From: Aliiglaciecola sp.
Lineage (GTDB): Bacteria > Pseudomonadota > Gammaproteobacteria > Enterobacterales > Alteromonadaceae
Assembly: GCA_028356795.1 (NCBI GenBank)
Contig: JAOMVH010000002.1
Span: 4,638-68,637 of the forward strand
Length of the DNA stretch: 64,000 nt
Reading direction: 5' to 3'
The translations under genes and the position numbers were made by a program. Within the stretch, counting starts at the first letter, position 1. Each line of letters begins with the position of its first letter. Under the pieces are notes generated by a model. The model had not been told where the DNA came from and did no database searches. It worked only from the letters and a program-made list of their open reading frames with translations. Positions 42,453 to 53,582 of this stretch are shown here, one piece after another.

Positions 42453-43421
42453 TTACTCGTAGTAACTCAGGCAGGTTTCTACTTCTTCTTTTGAACCCAT
42501 GATTACCGGAACACGTTGGTGAATTTCACGAGGCATAACTTCTAGAATACGCCCTTCTCCGGTGCTTGCCGCTCCACCAGCTTGTTCAATAAGAAAAGAC
42601 ATGGGGTTAGCTTCATATAATAAGCGCAACTTGCCAGGAATTTTAGGATTCCGTTTATCCGCCGGATAGCTAAAAATACCACCGCGGGACAAAACACGAT
42701 GAATATCCCCGACCATGGCACCAACCCAACGCATATTAAAGTTCTTGCCACGAGGACCTTCATCGCCCAACAACAAGTCACTGACATATTTTTGCATTGG
42801 CTCTTCCCAATGGCGCTGATTCGAACTATTTATCGCAAACTCTTTGGTTTGCTCAGGTAATGCAATATTGGCTTCAGTTAACAAGAAACCGCCGTGGGTT
42901 TTATCCAAGGTATATAAATGCGTTCCTTTACCGGTGCTCATTGCTAGCATGGTGGATGGCCCATAAAGCACATATCCAGCTGCAACAATTTGTGTTCCTG
43001 GCTGTAAAAAAGCTGATGGGTCATCAGGCTCCATCCACTGAGGAGCGTGAGTAATTGAAAAGATTGTGCCGATTAAACTGTTGATATCTGTATTCGAGGA
43101 GCCGTCTAGGGGATCAAAACTAACCAAATATTTGCCGTCTGGGTGGCAACCAACGACATCGTCTTCTTCTTCTGACGAAATCGCTTTTACATAACCAGAC
43201 TCTTTCAAAATATCTTTAATAATTTGGTTAGAGATCACATCTAGCTTTTTCTGCGTCTCGCCTTGAACGTTTTCACTCAATAGTGAGCCCAGAACACCCG
43301 CAAGTGCGCCTTGGCTAACCCGAAAGGATATTTCCTTACAGCCGGCTAAGAGCGTACGTATTAACAGTATTAGCTCCATTGGAGCGCCATCTTCTTGTAA
43401 CTGCGAATTGAGTCGTTTCAT
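42453..43421 (-). CDS. fbp: Class 1 fructose-1,6-bisphosphatase
   Basis: [20 protein letters not shown]; divergent from mpl. Confidence 0.97.
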   Translation of the reverse strand: MKRLNSQLQEDGAPMELILLIRTLLAGCKEISFRVSQGALAGVLGSLLSENVQGETQKKLDVISNQIIKDILKESGYVKAISSEEEDDVVGCHPDGKYLVSFDPLDGSSNTDINSLIGTIFSITHAPQWMEPDDPSAFLQPGTQIVAAGYVLYGPSTMLAMSTGKGTHLYTLDKTHGGFLLTEANIALPEQTKEFAINSSNQRHWEEPMQKYVSDLLLGDEGPRGKNFNMRWVGAMVGDIHRVLSRGGIFSYPADKRNPKIPGKLRLLYEANPMSFLIEQAGGAASTGEGRILEVMPREIHQRVPVIMGSKEEVETCLSYYE

Positions 43422-43663
43422 TCTAACGAAAACCTATTTCTATGTTGTGTAAGGGTACGGTGTTTGTGTGTGCACATTTATTATTATTATTAGTGTCAGA
43501 ACGATTGTACCTGTGTTGACAGAAAATCTCAGCTAAAACAACCATGTCGTACCATTGTATTGTCGGGCAAGTGGATTAAAACCTGGCTGATTTTGTTATC
43601 TGTGTTTTGTTGTGCTCAATTAGTTTGCTACTCTAGACAAAGTTTTTGTTTGAAATCATCACT

Positions 43664-45019
43664 ATGCATATTCACATTCTCGGCATCTGCGGCACCTTTA
43701 TGGGTGGCATCGCAGCCATTGCAAAATCTATGGGTCACAAAGTCACGGGCTCAGATGCAAATGTTTATCCTCCCATGAGCACGCAGTTGGCATCATTGGG
43801 CATTGAGCTCACTCAAGGCTTTGATCCTGCTCAGCTGCAACCAGAACCAGATATCGTCATTGTTGGTAACGCCATGTCTCGTGGCAACCCATGTGTTGAA
43901 TACATATTGGATAGAAACCTCAATTACACCAGTGGTCCCCAATGGTTGTCAGAGCATGTTTTGAAACAGCGCTGGGTTATTGCTGCTTCTGGCACTCACG
44001 GAAAAACCTCCACCTCAAGCATGATTGCTTGGATCTTGGAATATGCAGGACTCAAACCTGGTTTCTTAATTGGCGGGATCCCTGAAAACTTTGGGCTATC
44101 GGCTCGCTTAGGTGATTCGCCCTTTTTTGTCATCGAAGCAGACGAATATGATTCGGCTTTTTTCGACAAGCGTTCTAAATTTGTTCACTACCATCCGCGT
44201 ACCTTGGTCATAAACAATTTGGAATTTGATCACGCGGATATATTTGACGATCTCGCCGCCATTCAGCGACAGTTCCACCATTTAATGCGTATTTTACCCA
44301 GCGATGGCTTGGCATTAGTGCCTTTTGACGACGCAAACGTGCAAACCGTGTTGGATCAGGGTTGTTGGAGTGACATTCAACAAATCGGTCTAGAGTGGCA
44401 ATGTAAAAACGCTAGCGCAGATGGCAGTGAGTTTGACGTTTATCATGACGGAAAACTATGCGCCAGACTGAGCTGGCAATTAATTGGTCAACACAACGTG
44501 AATAACGCGTTGATGGCGATAGCGGCAGCCAGACATGCTGGCGTTCAACCGCAGTTAGCAATCGAAGCGCTTGGCCAATTTGTGAATGCGAAAAGACGCA
44601 TGGAAACCCGTGGCGTAGTCAAAGACATTACAGTTTATGATGACTTTGCTCACCACCCGACCGCTATAAAAACCACCTTAGCTGGCTTGCGAAACAAGGT
44701 GGGTGAGCAACGTATTTTCGCCGTGCTTGAGCCCCGTTCGGCCACCATGAAAATGGGAGTGCATCAGGATTCTCTCGCTCAGTCTTGGCAGTTAGCTGAT
44801 GAGGTACTATTGTTTCAACCTGACAACCTAAGCTGGTCTCTAAATGAACTAATCGCGCAAAGCGACGTATCGACTCAGGTATATGATGACATTGAAAACA
44901 TCATTGAAGACTTGCTAAGCAAGGTAAAACCCCAAGACCATATTTTGATTATGAGTAATGGCGGTTTTAATGGAATCCATGAAAAACTATTGGAAAAGCT
45001 AACCAAACATGACTTTTGA
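43664..45019 (+). CDS. mpl: Murein peptide ligase
   Basis: [29 protein letters not shown]. Confidence 0.97.
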   Translation: MHIHILGICGTFMGGIAAIAKSMGHKVTGSDANVYPPMSTQLASLGIELTQGFDPAQLQPEPDIVIVGNAMSRGNPCVEYILDRNLNYTSGPQWLSEHVLKQRWVIAASGTHGKTSTSSMIAWILEYAGLKPGFLIGGIPENFGLSARLGDSPFFVIEADEYDSAFFDKRSKFVHYHPRTLVINNLEFDHADIFDDLAAIQRQFHHLMRILPSDGLALVPFDDANVQTVLDQGCWSDIQQIGLEWQCKNASADGSEFDVYHDGKLCARLSWQLIGQHNVNNALMAIAAARHAGVQPQLAIEALGQFVNAKRRMETRGVVKDITVYDDFAHHPTAIKTTLAGLRNKVGEQRIFAVLEPRSATMKMGVHQDSLAQSWQLADEVLLFQPDNLSWSLNELIAQSDVSTQVYDDIENIIEDLLSKVKPQDHILIMSNGGFNGIHEKLLEKLTKHDF

Positions 45020-45623
45020 AAAAACCATCACACTGGCGTTTACAGGTGCCTCTGGTGCACCATATGGCCTGCGCCTACTAGAGACCTTAGTAGCAGCAAA
45101 CTACCAAGTGTTTGTATTGATTTCATCTGCGGCAAAAGTGGTATTTGCGACTGAAGAAGATCTCAAGATACCTTCAAAACCAGATGCTTGTGCAGAATTT
45201 TTTATTCAACGTTACAACGCCAAACCCGAACAAATTAAAGTGTTTGGTCGTGATGAATGGTTTTCTCCGGTGGCTTCAGGATCGGCTGCACCTAAACAAA
45301 TGATCGTGTGCCCCTGCTCCACCGGGACTTTGTCTGCCATTGCCACCGGCAAAAGCGATAACCTAATTGAAAGGGGCGCAGATGTCGTATTAAAAGAAAG
45401 AGGACAACTGATTCTTGTGCCCAGAGAAATGCCACTTTCAACCATTCATTTAGAAAATATGCTTAAACTTTCGCAAGTGGGTGCCACTATCATGCCTGCT
45501 GCACCGGGCTTTTATCATCAGCCACAGCGAATTGAAGATTTAGTCGATTTTGTGGTCGCCAGAATTCTTGATCATCTTAATATTGACCAAACTATTATGC
45601 CTCGCTGGGGATATCAGAAATAA
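45009..45623 (+). CDS. ubiX: Flavin prenyltransferase
   Basis: [25 protein letters not shown]. Confidence 0.95.
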   Translation: MTFEKTITLAFTGASGAPYGLRLLETLVAANYQVFVLISSAAKVVFATEEDLKIPSKPDACAEFFIQRYNAKPEQIKVFGRDEWFSPVASGSAAPKQMIVCPCSTGTLSAIATGKSDNLIERGADVVLKERGQLILVPREMPLSTIHLENMLKLSQVGATIMPAAPGFYHQPQRIEDLVDFVVARILDHLNIDQTIMPRWGYQK

Positions 45624-45639
45624 CTTTTACTATGTGACA

Positions 45640-46443
45640 ATGTTTATGTTGAATAAAAAACTATTTATGAACTGCTTCAAGTTAGCCGCTTTAGCTGTGT
45701 GTTTTGCGCAAACCAGCCAAGCATATGCATGGGGCCAAATAGGTCACAGAGTCACAGGCGAAATTGCTGAGCAATATTTAAGTGCGGAGACTAGAACAAA
45801 AATAGCCGCAATTTATCCTGATAAGTCACTAGCGGAGATATCCACTCATGCTGACGAGGAGCGTTCAAACCCAGCGGAGTTTTGGCAAAAAACATCGACG
45901 CCATGGCATTATGTCACTGTACCAGAGGGCTCTGACTACCATGCAGACAAGCACGCTCCATCCAGAGGCGATGCCTACACTGCGCTAACGTCCTTTGCGG
46001 CCACATTAAAAGATCCTAAAGCCAGCTTGGAAGAGAAACAGCTCGCCTTGCACTTTATTGTGCATCTTATTGGTGACTTACACCAACCACTGCACGCCGG
46101 AAATGGCACTGACAGAGGTGGAAACGACGTAAAGGTAGAGTTTTTTTGGGATGATTCAAACCTCCACCGTGTTTGGGATAGTGGCATGATAGACCGTCAA
46201 CGTTTGTCTTATACCGAATGGACGAACTGGTTGAGTAGAAAAATCACACCTGAGATGGCAGAGCAGTGGCGCACCACAGACCCAAAAGTGTGGATCAAAG
46301 AGAGCATCTTACTGCGAGACACCGTGTACCCTGAGGGTGATAAACTGTCATGGCGTTACCAATATCAGCACTTGCCTGCGGTTAAAACTCGTTTGCAACA
46401 AGCTGGCATTCGGATCGCGGCTTATCTTAATGAAATGATGTAG
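45640..46443 (+). CDS. Secreted S1/P1 nuclease
   Basis: Signal peptide then WGQIGH; HLIGDLHQPLH; NLHRVWD. Confidence 0.93.
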   Translation: MFMLNKKLFMNCFKLAALAVCFAQTSQAYAWGQIGHRVTGEIAEQYLSAETRTKIAAIYPDKSLAEISTHADEERSNPAEFWQKTSTPWHYVTVPEGSDYHADKHAPSRGDAYTALTSFAATLKDPKASLEEKQLALHFIVHLIGDLHQPLHAGNGTDRGGNDVKVEFFWDDSNLHRVWDSGMIDRQRLSYTEWTNWLSRKITPEMAEQWRTTDPKVWIKESILLRDTVYPEGDKLSWRYQYQHLPAVKTRLQQAGIRIAAYLNEMM

Positions 46444-46450
46444 AGAAGAT

Positions 46451-46483
46451 AAAAAGAGTGTTGGTTTGTTCTGACACTCTTTT
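46451..46483. terminator. Bidirectional terminator
   Basis: AAAAAGAGTGT...ACACTCTTTT between convergent S1/P1 nuclease and rraA. Confidence 0.7.
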
Positions 46484-46967
46484 AATCAATATCTAGCGGA
46501 TCAGGTGACAGGATAATTCCCGTGCCATCAGCATACACATGGTCTTCAGGTAGAAATGTCACTCCGCCAAAATTCACGGCTATATCCACTTCCCCAACCT
46601 GCTCAAAAGGCGCATTGACCGGTATTGCTGCAAGAGCATGAATACCAATATCGAGTTCTTCAAGTTGGTCGACTTCTCGGACGCTGCCATAACAAATAAT
46701 ACCTTCCCAATCGTTCTCTATGGCAATTTGTGCAGTATTAACATCGATCAGCGCTCGACGGGTCGAACCACCACCATCAACGAGCAATACTTTACCTTTG
46801 CCTGATTGAGACAGTACCTTGTCAATCAATCCTTTGTCTTCATGACACTTAACCGTCGAAATTTCACCGCCATATGAAAAGCGCCCTCCGAAATTAACAA
46901 ATATCGGATCGACAACATCGACACTATCTGCAAACAAATCACAAAGCTCAGAAGTATTATATTCCAC
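46482..46967 (-). CDS. rraA: RNase E regulator RraA
   Basis: [24 protein letters not shown]. Confidence 0.93.
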   Translation of the reverse strand: MEYNTSELCDLFADSVDVVDPIFVNFGGRFSYGGEISTVKCHEDKGLIDKVLSQSGKGKVLLVDGGGSTRRALIDVNTAQIAIENDWEGIICYGSVREVDQLEELDIGIHALAAIPVNAPFEQVGEVDIAVNFGGVTFLPEDHVYADGTGIILSPDPLDID

Positions 46968-47052
46968 AAACAAAACCTTACTGCATAAAGAATTACCCTA
47001 AGGTTAGTGCTTGCGAAGTGTTTTGTAAAACAACATAGGTCAATGATGCGGA

Positions 47053-47130
47053 CTGTCACACAAACGACATATTTTTGTCACAAAGACTTCGCATTTTTGT
47101 CAACGATTGTTCATACGATGAGCATAAAGT
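47053..47130 (+). promoter_or_regulatory. Three tandem Pho-box-like sites plus -10 element
   Basis: Heptamers at exact 11-bp spacing: CTGTCAC 47053, ACGACAT 47064, TTGTCAC 47075, ACTTCGC 47086, TTGTCAA 47097, TGTTCAT 47108; TAAAGT at 47125, 10 bp after the last repeat. Confidence 0.7.
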
Positions 47131-47207
47131 TTGCAGCATGAGCGAACTGCAAACTAAAGGTAGAGCTTCTGAATGGGTTTGGTAAAACAGATACACGGCT
47201 GTTTCAT

Positions 47208-47681
47208 TTGATTTTCGGGATCACCGCGCATACGGGTAGTGGCGTGGTAAAGAGTGTTTCGAAAACAGGGGACGGTCATGTTTATATAGCGCTGGGTGTG
47301 TTGCTTTGGGCCTTTGAGCCGGAGCATGGGACGATTTTCTTGTATACGTCACTGCTGGCCTACGCGCTGGAATTGCCTATATATGTGGTCTTGAAAAATC
47401 TATTCAAACGACAGCGTCCCTGTGACCATTTAAATGCGTTTTGTTCCCATATTACGCCCTCTGACAAGTTCAGTTTACCATCAGGTCACACGGCCGCGGC
47501 ATTTTTGATGGCCGGCATGATTTCTAATTTTTATCCAAGCTTTGCAGTTTTGGCATATTTATGGGCTTCCTTAATCGGTTTGTCACGGGTGATGCTTGGT
47601 GTTCATTACCCTAGCGATATTGTAGCGGGCGCCACGCTTGGCCTAACAATGTCAGTGTTTAGTTTATCAGTGTTGAATTAA
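47208..47681 (+). CDS. PAP2-family phosphatase (5' end uncertain)
   Basis: KNLFKRQRP, SLPSGH, SRVMLGVHYPSD catalytic motifs. Confidence 0.92.
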   Translation: MIFGITAHTGSGVVKSVSKTGDGHVYIALGVLLWAFEPEHGTIFLYTSLLAYALELPIYVVLKNLFKRQRPCDHLNAFCSHITPSDKFSLPSGHTAAAFLMAGMISNFYPSFAVLAYLWASLIGLSRVMLGVHYPSDIVAGATLGLTMSVFSLSVLN

Positions 47682-47695
47682 TAAGAAGTTAAGTA

Positions 47696-48775
47696 ATGCG
47701 AATACTTTATGGCGTACAAGGAACTGGAAATGGTCACATTGCCCGCGCGCGCGTGATGGCGAAAGCGTTGGCCAAGCGAGATGATATACACGTTGATTTC
47801 ATTTTTACTGGTCGAGATGCCGGTGAATATTTCGACATGGAAATATTTGGCAATTATAAGACCTTCGACGGTTTGACCTTTATTACACAAAACGGTGAGG
47901 TAAATCGTTGGGAAACCATTAAAAAAATCAAGTTTAGGCAGTTTATTAGAGACGTGAGAAGCCTTGACGTTTCAGGCTATGATCTTCTGCTAAATGACTT
48001 TGATCCAGTGACCGCTTGGGCTGCCAAATTAAACGAATTAGCGTCAATCTCGGTGAGTCACCAAGCTGCGTTTAAACATCCTGTACCCAAGCAAGGAGAA
48101 TCGTTCGCAGATCGCCTGTTGATGCGTATGTTCGCACCCTGTGAGATAAACCTGGGCGTTCATTGGTATCATTTTGGTTATCCAATATTGCCTCCATTTA
48201 TCGAAGAGTCCGTAAGCCAAGCAACTACTGGCGACAAAGTACTCGTGTATTTGCCGTTTGAAAACCTTGATGAAATAAAGTCATTGCTAAAGGCGCTACC
48301 CGGTGTCGAGTTTGAGTGTTACCACCCCGATATCAAACAACCTTTTCATTCCGACAACACCCATTGGCGTTGTTTGTCTAAAGCAGATTTTAGAACCTCC
48401 CTTTTCAATTGTGCCGGCGTGATTGCCAATGGCGGCTTTGAGCTATCAAGTGAGTGCCTTACTCTGGGTAAAAAAATCCTGATAAAACCACTCAAGAATC
48501 AATACGAGCAAGCATCTAACTGCATCACATTAGAAAGAATGGGAAGATGTAACAGTATGCATGAACTAAATGCTGATGCTGTTAAACACTGGTTAAACTT
48601 ACCCTCACCTGAACCCATTAATTATCCCAATAACCCAGATGTGTTTATCAACTGGTTGTTAGAAGAAGATTGGTTAGATACTAAAAGTCTTTGCCAACAA
48701 CTTTGGAAACACATTCGTTTTCCAGACAATGTTCTGAGCTCCCTGCAAAATCCCTCATATTCTTCTCATGCGTAA
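47696..48775 (+). CDS. MJ1255/VC2487-family glycosyltransferase
   Basis: MRILYGVQGTGNGHIAR, ANGGFEL, KPLKNQYEQ (GT-B fold motifs). Confidence 0.9.
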   Translation: MRILYGVQGTGNGHIARARVMAKALAKRDDIHVDFIFTGRDAGEYFDMEIFGNYKTFDGLTFITQNGEVNRWETIKKIKFRQFIRDVRSLDVSGYDLLLNDFDPVTAWAAKLNELASISVSHQAAFKHPVPKQGESFADRLLMRMFAPCEINLGVHWYHFGYPILPPFIEESVSQATTGDKVLVYLPFENLDEIKSLLKALPGVEFECYHPDIKQPFHSDNTHWRCLSKADFRTSLFNCAGVIANGGFELSSECLTLGKKILIKPLKNQYEQASNCITLERMGRCNSMHELNADAVKHWLNLPSPEPINYPNNPDVFINWLLEEDWLDTKSLCQQLWKHIRFPDNVLSSLQNPSYSSHA

Positions 48776-48942
48776 GGTGTGTTTGAGCCGATCAAATCAG
48801 TAATAGTCCTTGATGACTATTCCATTGAAGACTTTATTAGCGCTTTTTACCCTAATAACCTGGTAAATTGCGGGTTGTTTTTTCTATTTTTGGTGAGATG
48901 ATACAAGCCATTGAAACTTGAAACGAATTTGGTCATAAAGAA

Positions 48943-49086
48943 ATGAATAAGTTACTTAAGACGACCTGTTTGTCATTGTGTGTTTTGCTCGGTGCAGCTG
49001 GCTGTGGTGTAAAGGGTGATTTGACCCTACCTGCCCAACAAAATGATGTTCCAGAACAGCAATCACCAAGCAATGAGGAGCAATAG
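48943..49086 (+). CDS. lptM: Small lipoprotein LptM/YifL (47 aa)
   Basis: Below ORF-track cutoff; MNKLLKTTCLSLCVLLGAAG-CGVKGDLTLP matches the CGxKGxLxLP motif; upstream of lysA-dapF. Confidence 0.85.
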   Translation: MNKLLKTTCLSLCVLLGAAGCGVKGDLTLPAQQNDVPEQQSPSNEEQ

Positions 49087-49089
49087 GCG

Positions 49090-50337
49090 TTGGATTATTT
49101 TGAATATAAAGCAAACTCATTGTTTGCAGAAAATGTGCCTGTAAGCGAAATTGCATCAGAATATGGCACGCCATGTTACGTATATTCACGGGCAACCATT
49201 GAGCGTCACTGGCATGCATTTAATAATGCGGCAGGTGAGCACCAGCATTTGGTGTGTTATGCCGTAAAAGCCAACTCCAACTTGGGTGTTTTGTCGGTGA
49301 TGGCAAAATTGGGCTCAGGATTCGACATTGTTTCTGGCGGAGAACTTTCACGGGTTATTGAAGCCGGGGGTGATCCCAAGAAAGTGGTTTTTTCTGGCGT
49401 AGGTAAGACCGAGCAAGAAATCGAGTTGGCGCTAAAGCATCAAATTCTTTGTTTTAACGTAGAGTCAGCGCCAGAGTTGGCACGTATTAATGAGGTCGCA
49501 AAAAATCTCAATGTCCATGCACCCATATCGATTCGGGTCAATCCAGATGTGGATGCCAAGACCCATCCATATATTTCCACTGGACTCAAAGCGAACAAAT
49601 TTGGCATTCCTCGTGAAAATGCGATTGAGATCTACAAGCTAGCAGCAAGTTATTCTCACCTAGACATTAAAGGTATGGATTGCCACATTGGGTCGCAACT
49701 AACGGATATTGAACCCTTTGTTGATGCGCTAGACAGATTGCTGCTGTTAATTGACGAGTTGGCAGAAAATGACATTTCAATTTCGCACTTAGATGTAGGT
49801 GGCGGCCTTGGTGTGTCATATCAGGATGAAAAGCCGCCTCACCCTGATAAATACGTCGAAGCCTTGATGACTCGAATGCACTCACGACCTGAACTAATGC
49901 TTATCTTCGAACCTGGTCGAGCGATTATGGCAAATGCTGGAATATTGCTTACCAAGGTTGAATTTATTAAGCACTCAGAAGAGAAAAATTTTGCCATCGT
50001 AGACGCCGCAATGAACGATTTAATTCGGCCGGCCCTGTATTCGGCGTGGATGAATATTATTCCTGCCCAGCAAAACGAAGGAAAAACGGCCAAATACGAT
50101 GTTGTTGGCCCAATTTGTGAAACCGGTGACTTTTTAGGTAAAGATCGCGATTTGGCCATTGAAGCAGGCGACTTGTTAGTGATTAGGAGTGCTGGTGCGT
50201 ATGGGTTTGTAATGGCTTCCAACTACAATAGCCGCTGTCGTCCAACAGAAATTATGGTGGATGAAAATCGTACATTTGTGGTCAGAGAACGAGAAATATT
50301 AAAAGACCTCTGGAAAGGTGAGCATAAAGTTACGTAA
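49090..50337 (+). CDS. lysA: Diaminopimelate decarboxylase
   Basis: YAVKAN, HIGSQ, EPGR, GPICETGD. Confidence 0.97.
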   Translation: MDYFEYKANSLFAENVPVSEIASEYGTPCYVYSRATIERHWHAFNNAAGEHQHLVCYAVKANSNLGVLSVMAKLGSGFDIVSGGELSRVIEAGGDPKKVVFSGVGKTEQEIELALKHQILCFNVESAPELARINEVAKNLNVHAPISIRVNPDVDAKTHPYISTGLKANKFGIPRENAIEIYKLAASYSHLDIKGMDCHIGSQLTDIEPFVDALDRLLLLIDELAENDISISHLDVGGGLGVSYQDEKPPHPDKYVEALMTRMHSRPELMLIFEPGRAIMANAGILLTKVEFIKHSEEKNFAIVDAAMNDLIRPALYSAWMNIIPAQQNEGKTAKYDVVGPICETGDFLGKDRDLAIEAGDLLVIRSAGAYGFVMASNYNSRCRPTEIMVDENRTFVVREREILKDLWKGEHKVT

Positions 50338-50368
50338 TATAGCTGTAATAAAACTTTAAGTTGTCACA

Positions 50369-51199
50369 ATGCAAATTCAATTTTCAAAAATGCATGGTCT
50401 GGGAAATGACTTTATCGTGATTGATAATGTCACCCAAAATGTATTTTTCTCGAAAGATAAAATACAGCGGCTTGCAGATCGCAATTTTGGCATCGGCTTT
50501 GATCAGATGTTACTCGTTGAACCTCCCTATGATCCAGAGCAAGATTTTCATTATCGAATTTTTAATGCCGATGGTTCCGAAGTCTCTCAATGTGGCAACG
50601 GAGCTCGCTGTTTTGCCAAGTTTGTCAAAATAAAAGGCCTCACCAATAGAAACAAAGTTGTGGTCAGCACCAAATCTGGCAAAATGGTGTTGTATCTAGA
50701 AAAAGATGGTCAAGTTACTGTCAATATGGGTCGCCCAATTTTTGAACCTGCAAAGATCCCTCTTAAAGCAAACAAAGAGGAAGGCACGTACATTATACGG
50801 GAACTGGACAAGACCTATATGATGGGCGCAGTATCAATGGGTAACCCACATTGTGTTATGACTGTAGATAATGTAGAAACAGCCGATGTTAGTACTATAG
50901 GACCGTTGCTTGAAAACCATGAACGCTTCCCTGAGGGAGTGAATGTGGGTTTTATGCAGATTATTAATGAGCAGCATATCAAACTACGTGTTTTCGAGCG
51001 TGGCGCAGGCGAAACACTGGCTTGTGGAAGCGGTGCATGCGCAGCAGTGGCAATTGGTCAAATTCAAGGTAAACTAGGCAAAGAAGTACAAGTAGATCTA
51101 CCTGGCGGTTCGTTAAGAATTCGCTGGCAAGGCAAGGACAGCGTACTAAAAATGACCGGACCGGCAGAACATATTTTTGATGGAACTCTCATCGTATGA
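50369..51199 (+). CDS. dapF: Diaminopimelate epimerase
   Basis: [25 protein letters not shown]. Confidence 0.98.
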   Translation: MQIQFSKMHGLGNDFIVIDNVTQNVFFSKDKIQRLADRNFGIGFDQMLLVEPPYDPEQDFHYRIFNADGSEVSQCGNGARCFAKFVKIKGLTNRNKVVVSTKSGKMVLYLEKDGQVTVNMGRPIFEPAKIPLKANKEEGTYIIRELDKTYMMGAVSMGNPHCVMTVDNVETADVSTIGPLLENHERFPEGVNVGFMQIINEQHIKLRVFERGAGETLACGSGACAAVAIGQIQGKLGKEVQVDLPGGSLRIRWQGKDSVLKMTGPAEHIFDGTLIV

Positions 51200-51891
51200 G
51201 TGAAACTTTGCAACAACAGACAAGTAGGGACATGTTATCTGACTTTGATGATATCAACGAAGTCACAGAGCATTCTGTTAAACGCTATTTGCAAAAACAC
51301 CCTGAATTCTTTATTGATCATCCCGAACTCATTGAAAAACTGGCTATTCCACATGACCAAAAGGGTAGCGTTTCCTTGGTCGAGTTGCAGGGTGAACAAC
51401 TACGTAAAAAAAATCGCGCTTTGTCTCACAAACTCAATCAGCTCATTTCTATCGCCAAGCAAAATGAAGAAATATACCGCGTATATGCAGATCTCAATTT
51501 GCAGCTATTGTCATGCCGGTTTTTTAGCGAAGTGCAAGACGTACTAGAAGACGTAATGAGTAAAAAACTCAGAATGTCTGCGGTGACTTTGAAGCCATTT
51601 AGTGGCGCACATGCTCTGCCGGAAATACAACGTAAGCTGTTCATTGAAAAGAGATTTAAAAAAGAATGCTTCTTCTTTGGACGACTAAGTCAACACGAAC
51701 AGCATTTATTATTTGAAGACGCATCAGTTGAATCTGTAGCGCTGATGTTATTGGGCGATAGGGGTGAACTGGGTATTTTGGCAATTGGCAGTCGAGATGC
51801 TGGTCACTTTAATCCAGATATGGATACGCTGTTAATTACGCAGCTACAGCAATTTTTAAACATACTACTGCCAAATTTAGCAGGCTATTAA
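51196..51891 (+). CDS. DUF484 (YigA) protein
   Basis: [23 protein letters not shown]; between dapF and xerC. Confidence 0.9.
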   Translation: MSETLQQQTSRDMLSDFDDINEVTEHSVKRYLQKHPEFFIDHPELIEKLAIPHDQKGSVSLVELQGEQLRKKNRALSHKLNQLISIAKQNEEIYRVYADLNLQLLSCRFFSEVQDVLEDVMSKKLRMSAVTLKPFSGAHALPEIQRKLFIEKRFKKECFFFGRLSQHEQHLLFEDASVESVALMLLGDRGELGILAIGSRDAGHFNPDMDTLLITQLQQFLNILLPNLAGY

Positions 51892-51893
51892 TT

Positions 51894-52787
51894 GTGACCA
51901 TGCCAGCTGAAGATGTCTGGCTGGAGAAGTTCATTGACCATCTTAAGTATGAACGCAATCTCTCCTCTAAAACCTTAGAAAATTACCATCGACAAATCAG
52001 CCATGTTGCGCGGCAACTATCGCTCTCTAGTTGGGCTGAAGTGAGCACCGAAGATATCAAAACAGCCCTTAGTGCTGCTCGCAAACAAAACCTAGCGCCA
52101 CGTTCAATTGCTATGCGTTTATCCGCTTTGCGGACCTTTTGTGATTTTTTAATTGGCGAAAAAGTGATTGATCACAATCCAGCAAAAGCGGTACAAACTC
52201 CTAAGCTTGGTAAGCCACTCCCCAAACACCTTAATATCGATCAAGTGAACCAATTGCTGAATTTAGAGCCTGACTCACCAATCGCAGTGCGTGATAGGGC
52301 CATGATGGAACTGACCTATGGATGTGGTCTACGATTAGCGGAGTTGGCAGCCTTGGACTTATCAGACATTTTGCCAGACGGACAAATTAGAGTATTAGGA
52401 AAAGGCCGTAAGGAACGGCTGTTACCTATCTCTAAAATGGCCATTGAATGGTTATCCAACTGGCTAAAAGTGCGAAGCCACTTATCGCCACCTGCCGATG
52501 AAAGCGCGGTGTTTGTTAGCATGCACAAACGGCGTATTAGCCATCGACAAATCGCTAAGCGCATGGAGTTATGGGCCAGCACTCAGCATTTAGATCAGCG
52601 AGTTAACCCTCATAAGTTGCGTCATTCATACGCCACCCATATGCTGGAATCCAGTGGCGACCTCAGAGCGGTTCAAGAGCTACTAGGCCATGCAAATTTG
52701 TCGACCACACAAGTCTATACCCATCTTGATTTCCAACATTTGTCGCAGGTTTATGATTCCGCGCACCCGCGAGCCAGAAAAAAATAA
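51894..52787 (+). CDS. xerC: Tyrosine recombinase XerC
   Basis: GLRLAEL, HKLRHSYATH, LLGHANLSTTQVYTH; dapF operon context. Confidence 0.96.
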   Translation: MTMPAEDVWLEKFIDHLKYERNLSSKTLENYHRQISHVARQLSLSSWAEVSTEDIKTALSAARKQNLAPRSIAMRLSALRTFCDFLIGEKVIDHNPAKAVQTPKLGKPLPKHLNIDQVNQLLNLEPDSPIAVRDRAMMELTYGCGLRLAELAALDLSDILPDGQIRVLGKGRKERLLPISKMAIEWLSNWLKVRSHLSPPADESAVFVSMHKRRISHRQIAKRMELWASTQHLDQRVNPHKLRHSYATHMLESSGDLRAVQELLGHANLSTTQVYTHLDFQHLSQVYDSAHPRARKK

Positions 52788-52862
52788 CGAGATATTGTGA
52801 CTCTTTGCCCATTGGAAAGCGTATATACTTGTAGAAAGCTGTAGAAGAATAGGTATTCCCTA

Positions 52863-53582
52863 ATGAAATTTTTTCGATCGCTGTCCAAAATACAAGCCTT
52901 GAGCTTTGATCTGGATGACACCCTTTATGAAAATCACCCTCGAATGTTAGAGGCAGAAAAGAATCTTCAAAAGTATCTTGCTAGCCATTATCCAAACACT
53001 GCTGAGTTGACCATCGCAGATTGGCGCAGCTTTAAAAGATCACACCTTAAGTCGTCTCCGGCCCTAATGTCAGACATGGGTGAACTACGACGCCTTACGC
53101 TAGAAACGGGACTTTCCTCTTCAGGTTATCAAGGGCAAGAATTGAATAACGCCGTAGCATCCTGTTTTGAATACTTTTATTATGAAAGAAGTAACTTTCT
53201 GGTAAACAAGAACACTTGTTCTTTATTAGAAGAGCTAGGAAATGTGGTCCCTTTGGTGGCAATCACTAACGGCAACGTAAACCTGGATCAAATTGGTATC
53301 TCGGATTATTTTATTCACTGTTTCAAAGCCAATATGCAACAGCCAATGAAGCCCCATCGAAAGATGTTTGATTTGGCCAGCGAGTCACTTAACCTTCCGC
53401 CCCAAAATATACTGCACGTAGGTGATAACTTAGAAAAAGATATTATGGGCGCCATAGCAGCAGGAATGCAAAGCGCTTGGTACGCGTGCGATCGGCCAAT
53501 GCAGCTGAACAATGAAAGAACAAGTGTTCTTCCTCATGTTCAGCTTGATGATTTGAATGAATTGAGAACGTTAGTCCTCTAG
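52863..53582 (+). CDS. yigB: HAD-IA hydrolase (YigB-like)
   Basis: FDLDDTLY, ITNGN, KP, HVGD. Confidence 0.88.
   Translation: MKFFRSLSKIQALSFDLDDTLYENHPRMLEAEKNLQKYLASHYPNTAELTIADWRSFKRSHLKSSPALMSDMGELRRLTLETGLSSSGYQGQELNNAVASCFEYFYYERSNFLVNKNTCSLLEELGNVVPLVAITNGNVNLDQIGISDYFIHCFKANMQQPMKPHRKMFDLASESLNLPPQNILHVGDNLEKDIMGAIAAGMQSAWYACDRPMQLNNERTSVLPHVQLDDLNELRTLVL

Noticed and set aside
47053-47114. Periodic repeats as a mini-CRISPR
   Set aside because: Units are 7-10 bp on an 11/22-bp pitch, far too short, and no cas genes are present; they fit response-regulator boxes.
48776-48942. Possible lysine riboswitch upstream of lysA
   Set aside because: No recognisable L-box stems; the segment next to lysA encodes lptM.
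51894-52787. Tyrosine recombinase as integrase, integron or shufflon
   Set aside because: Housekeeping XerC in the dapF operon; no att sites or cargo nearby.
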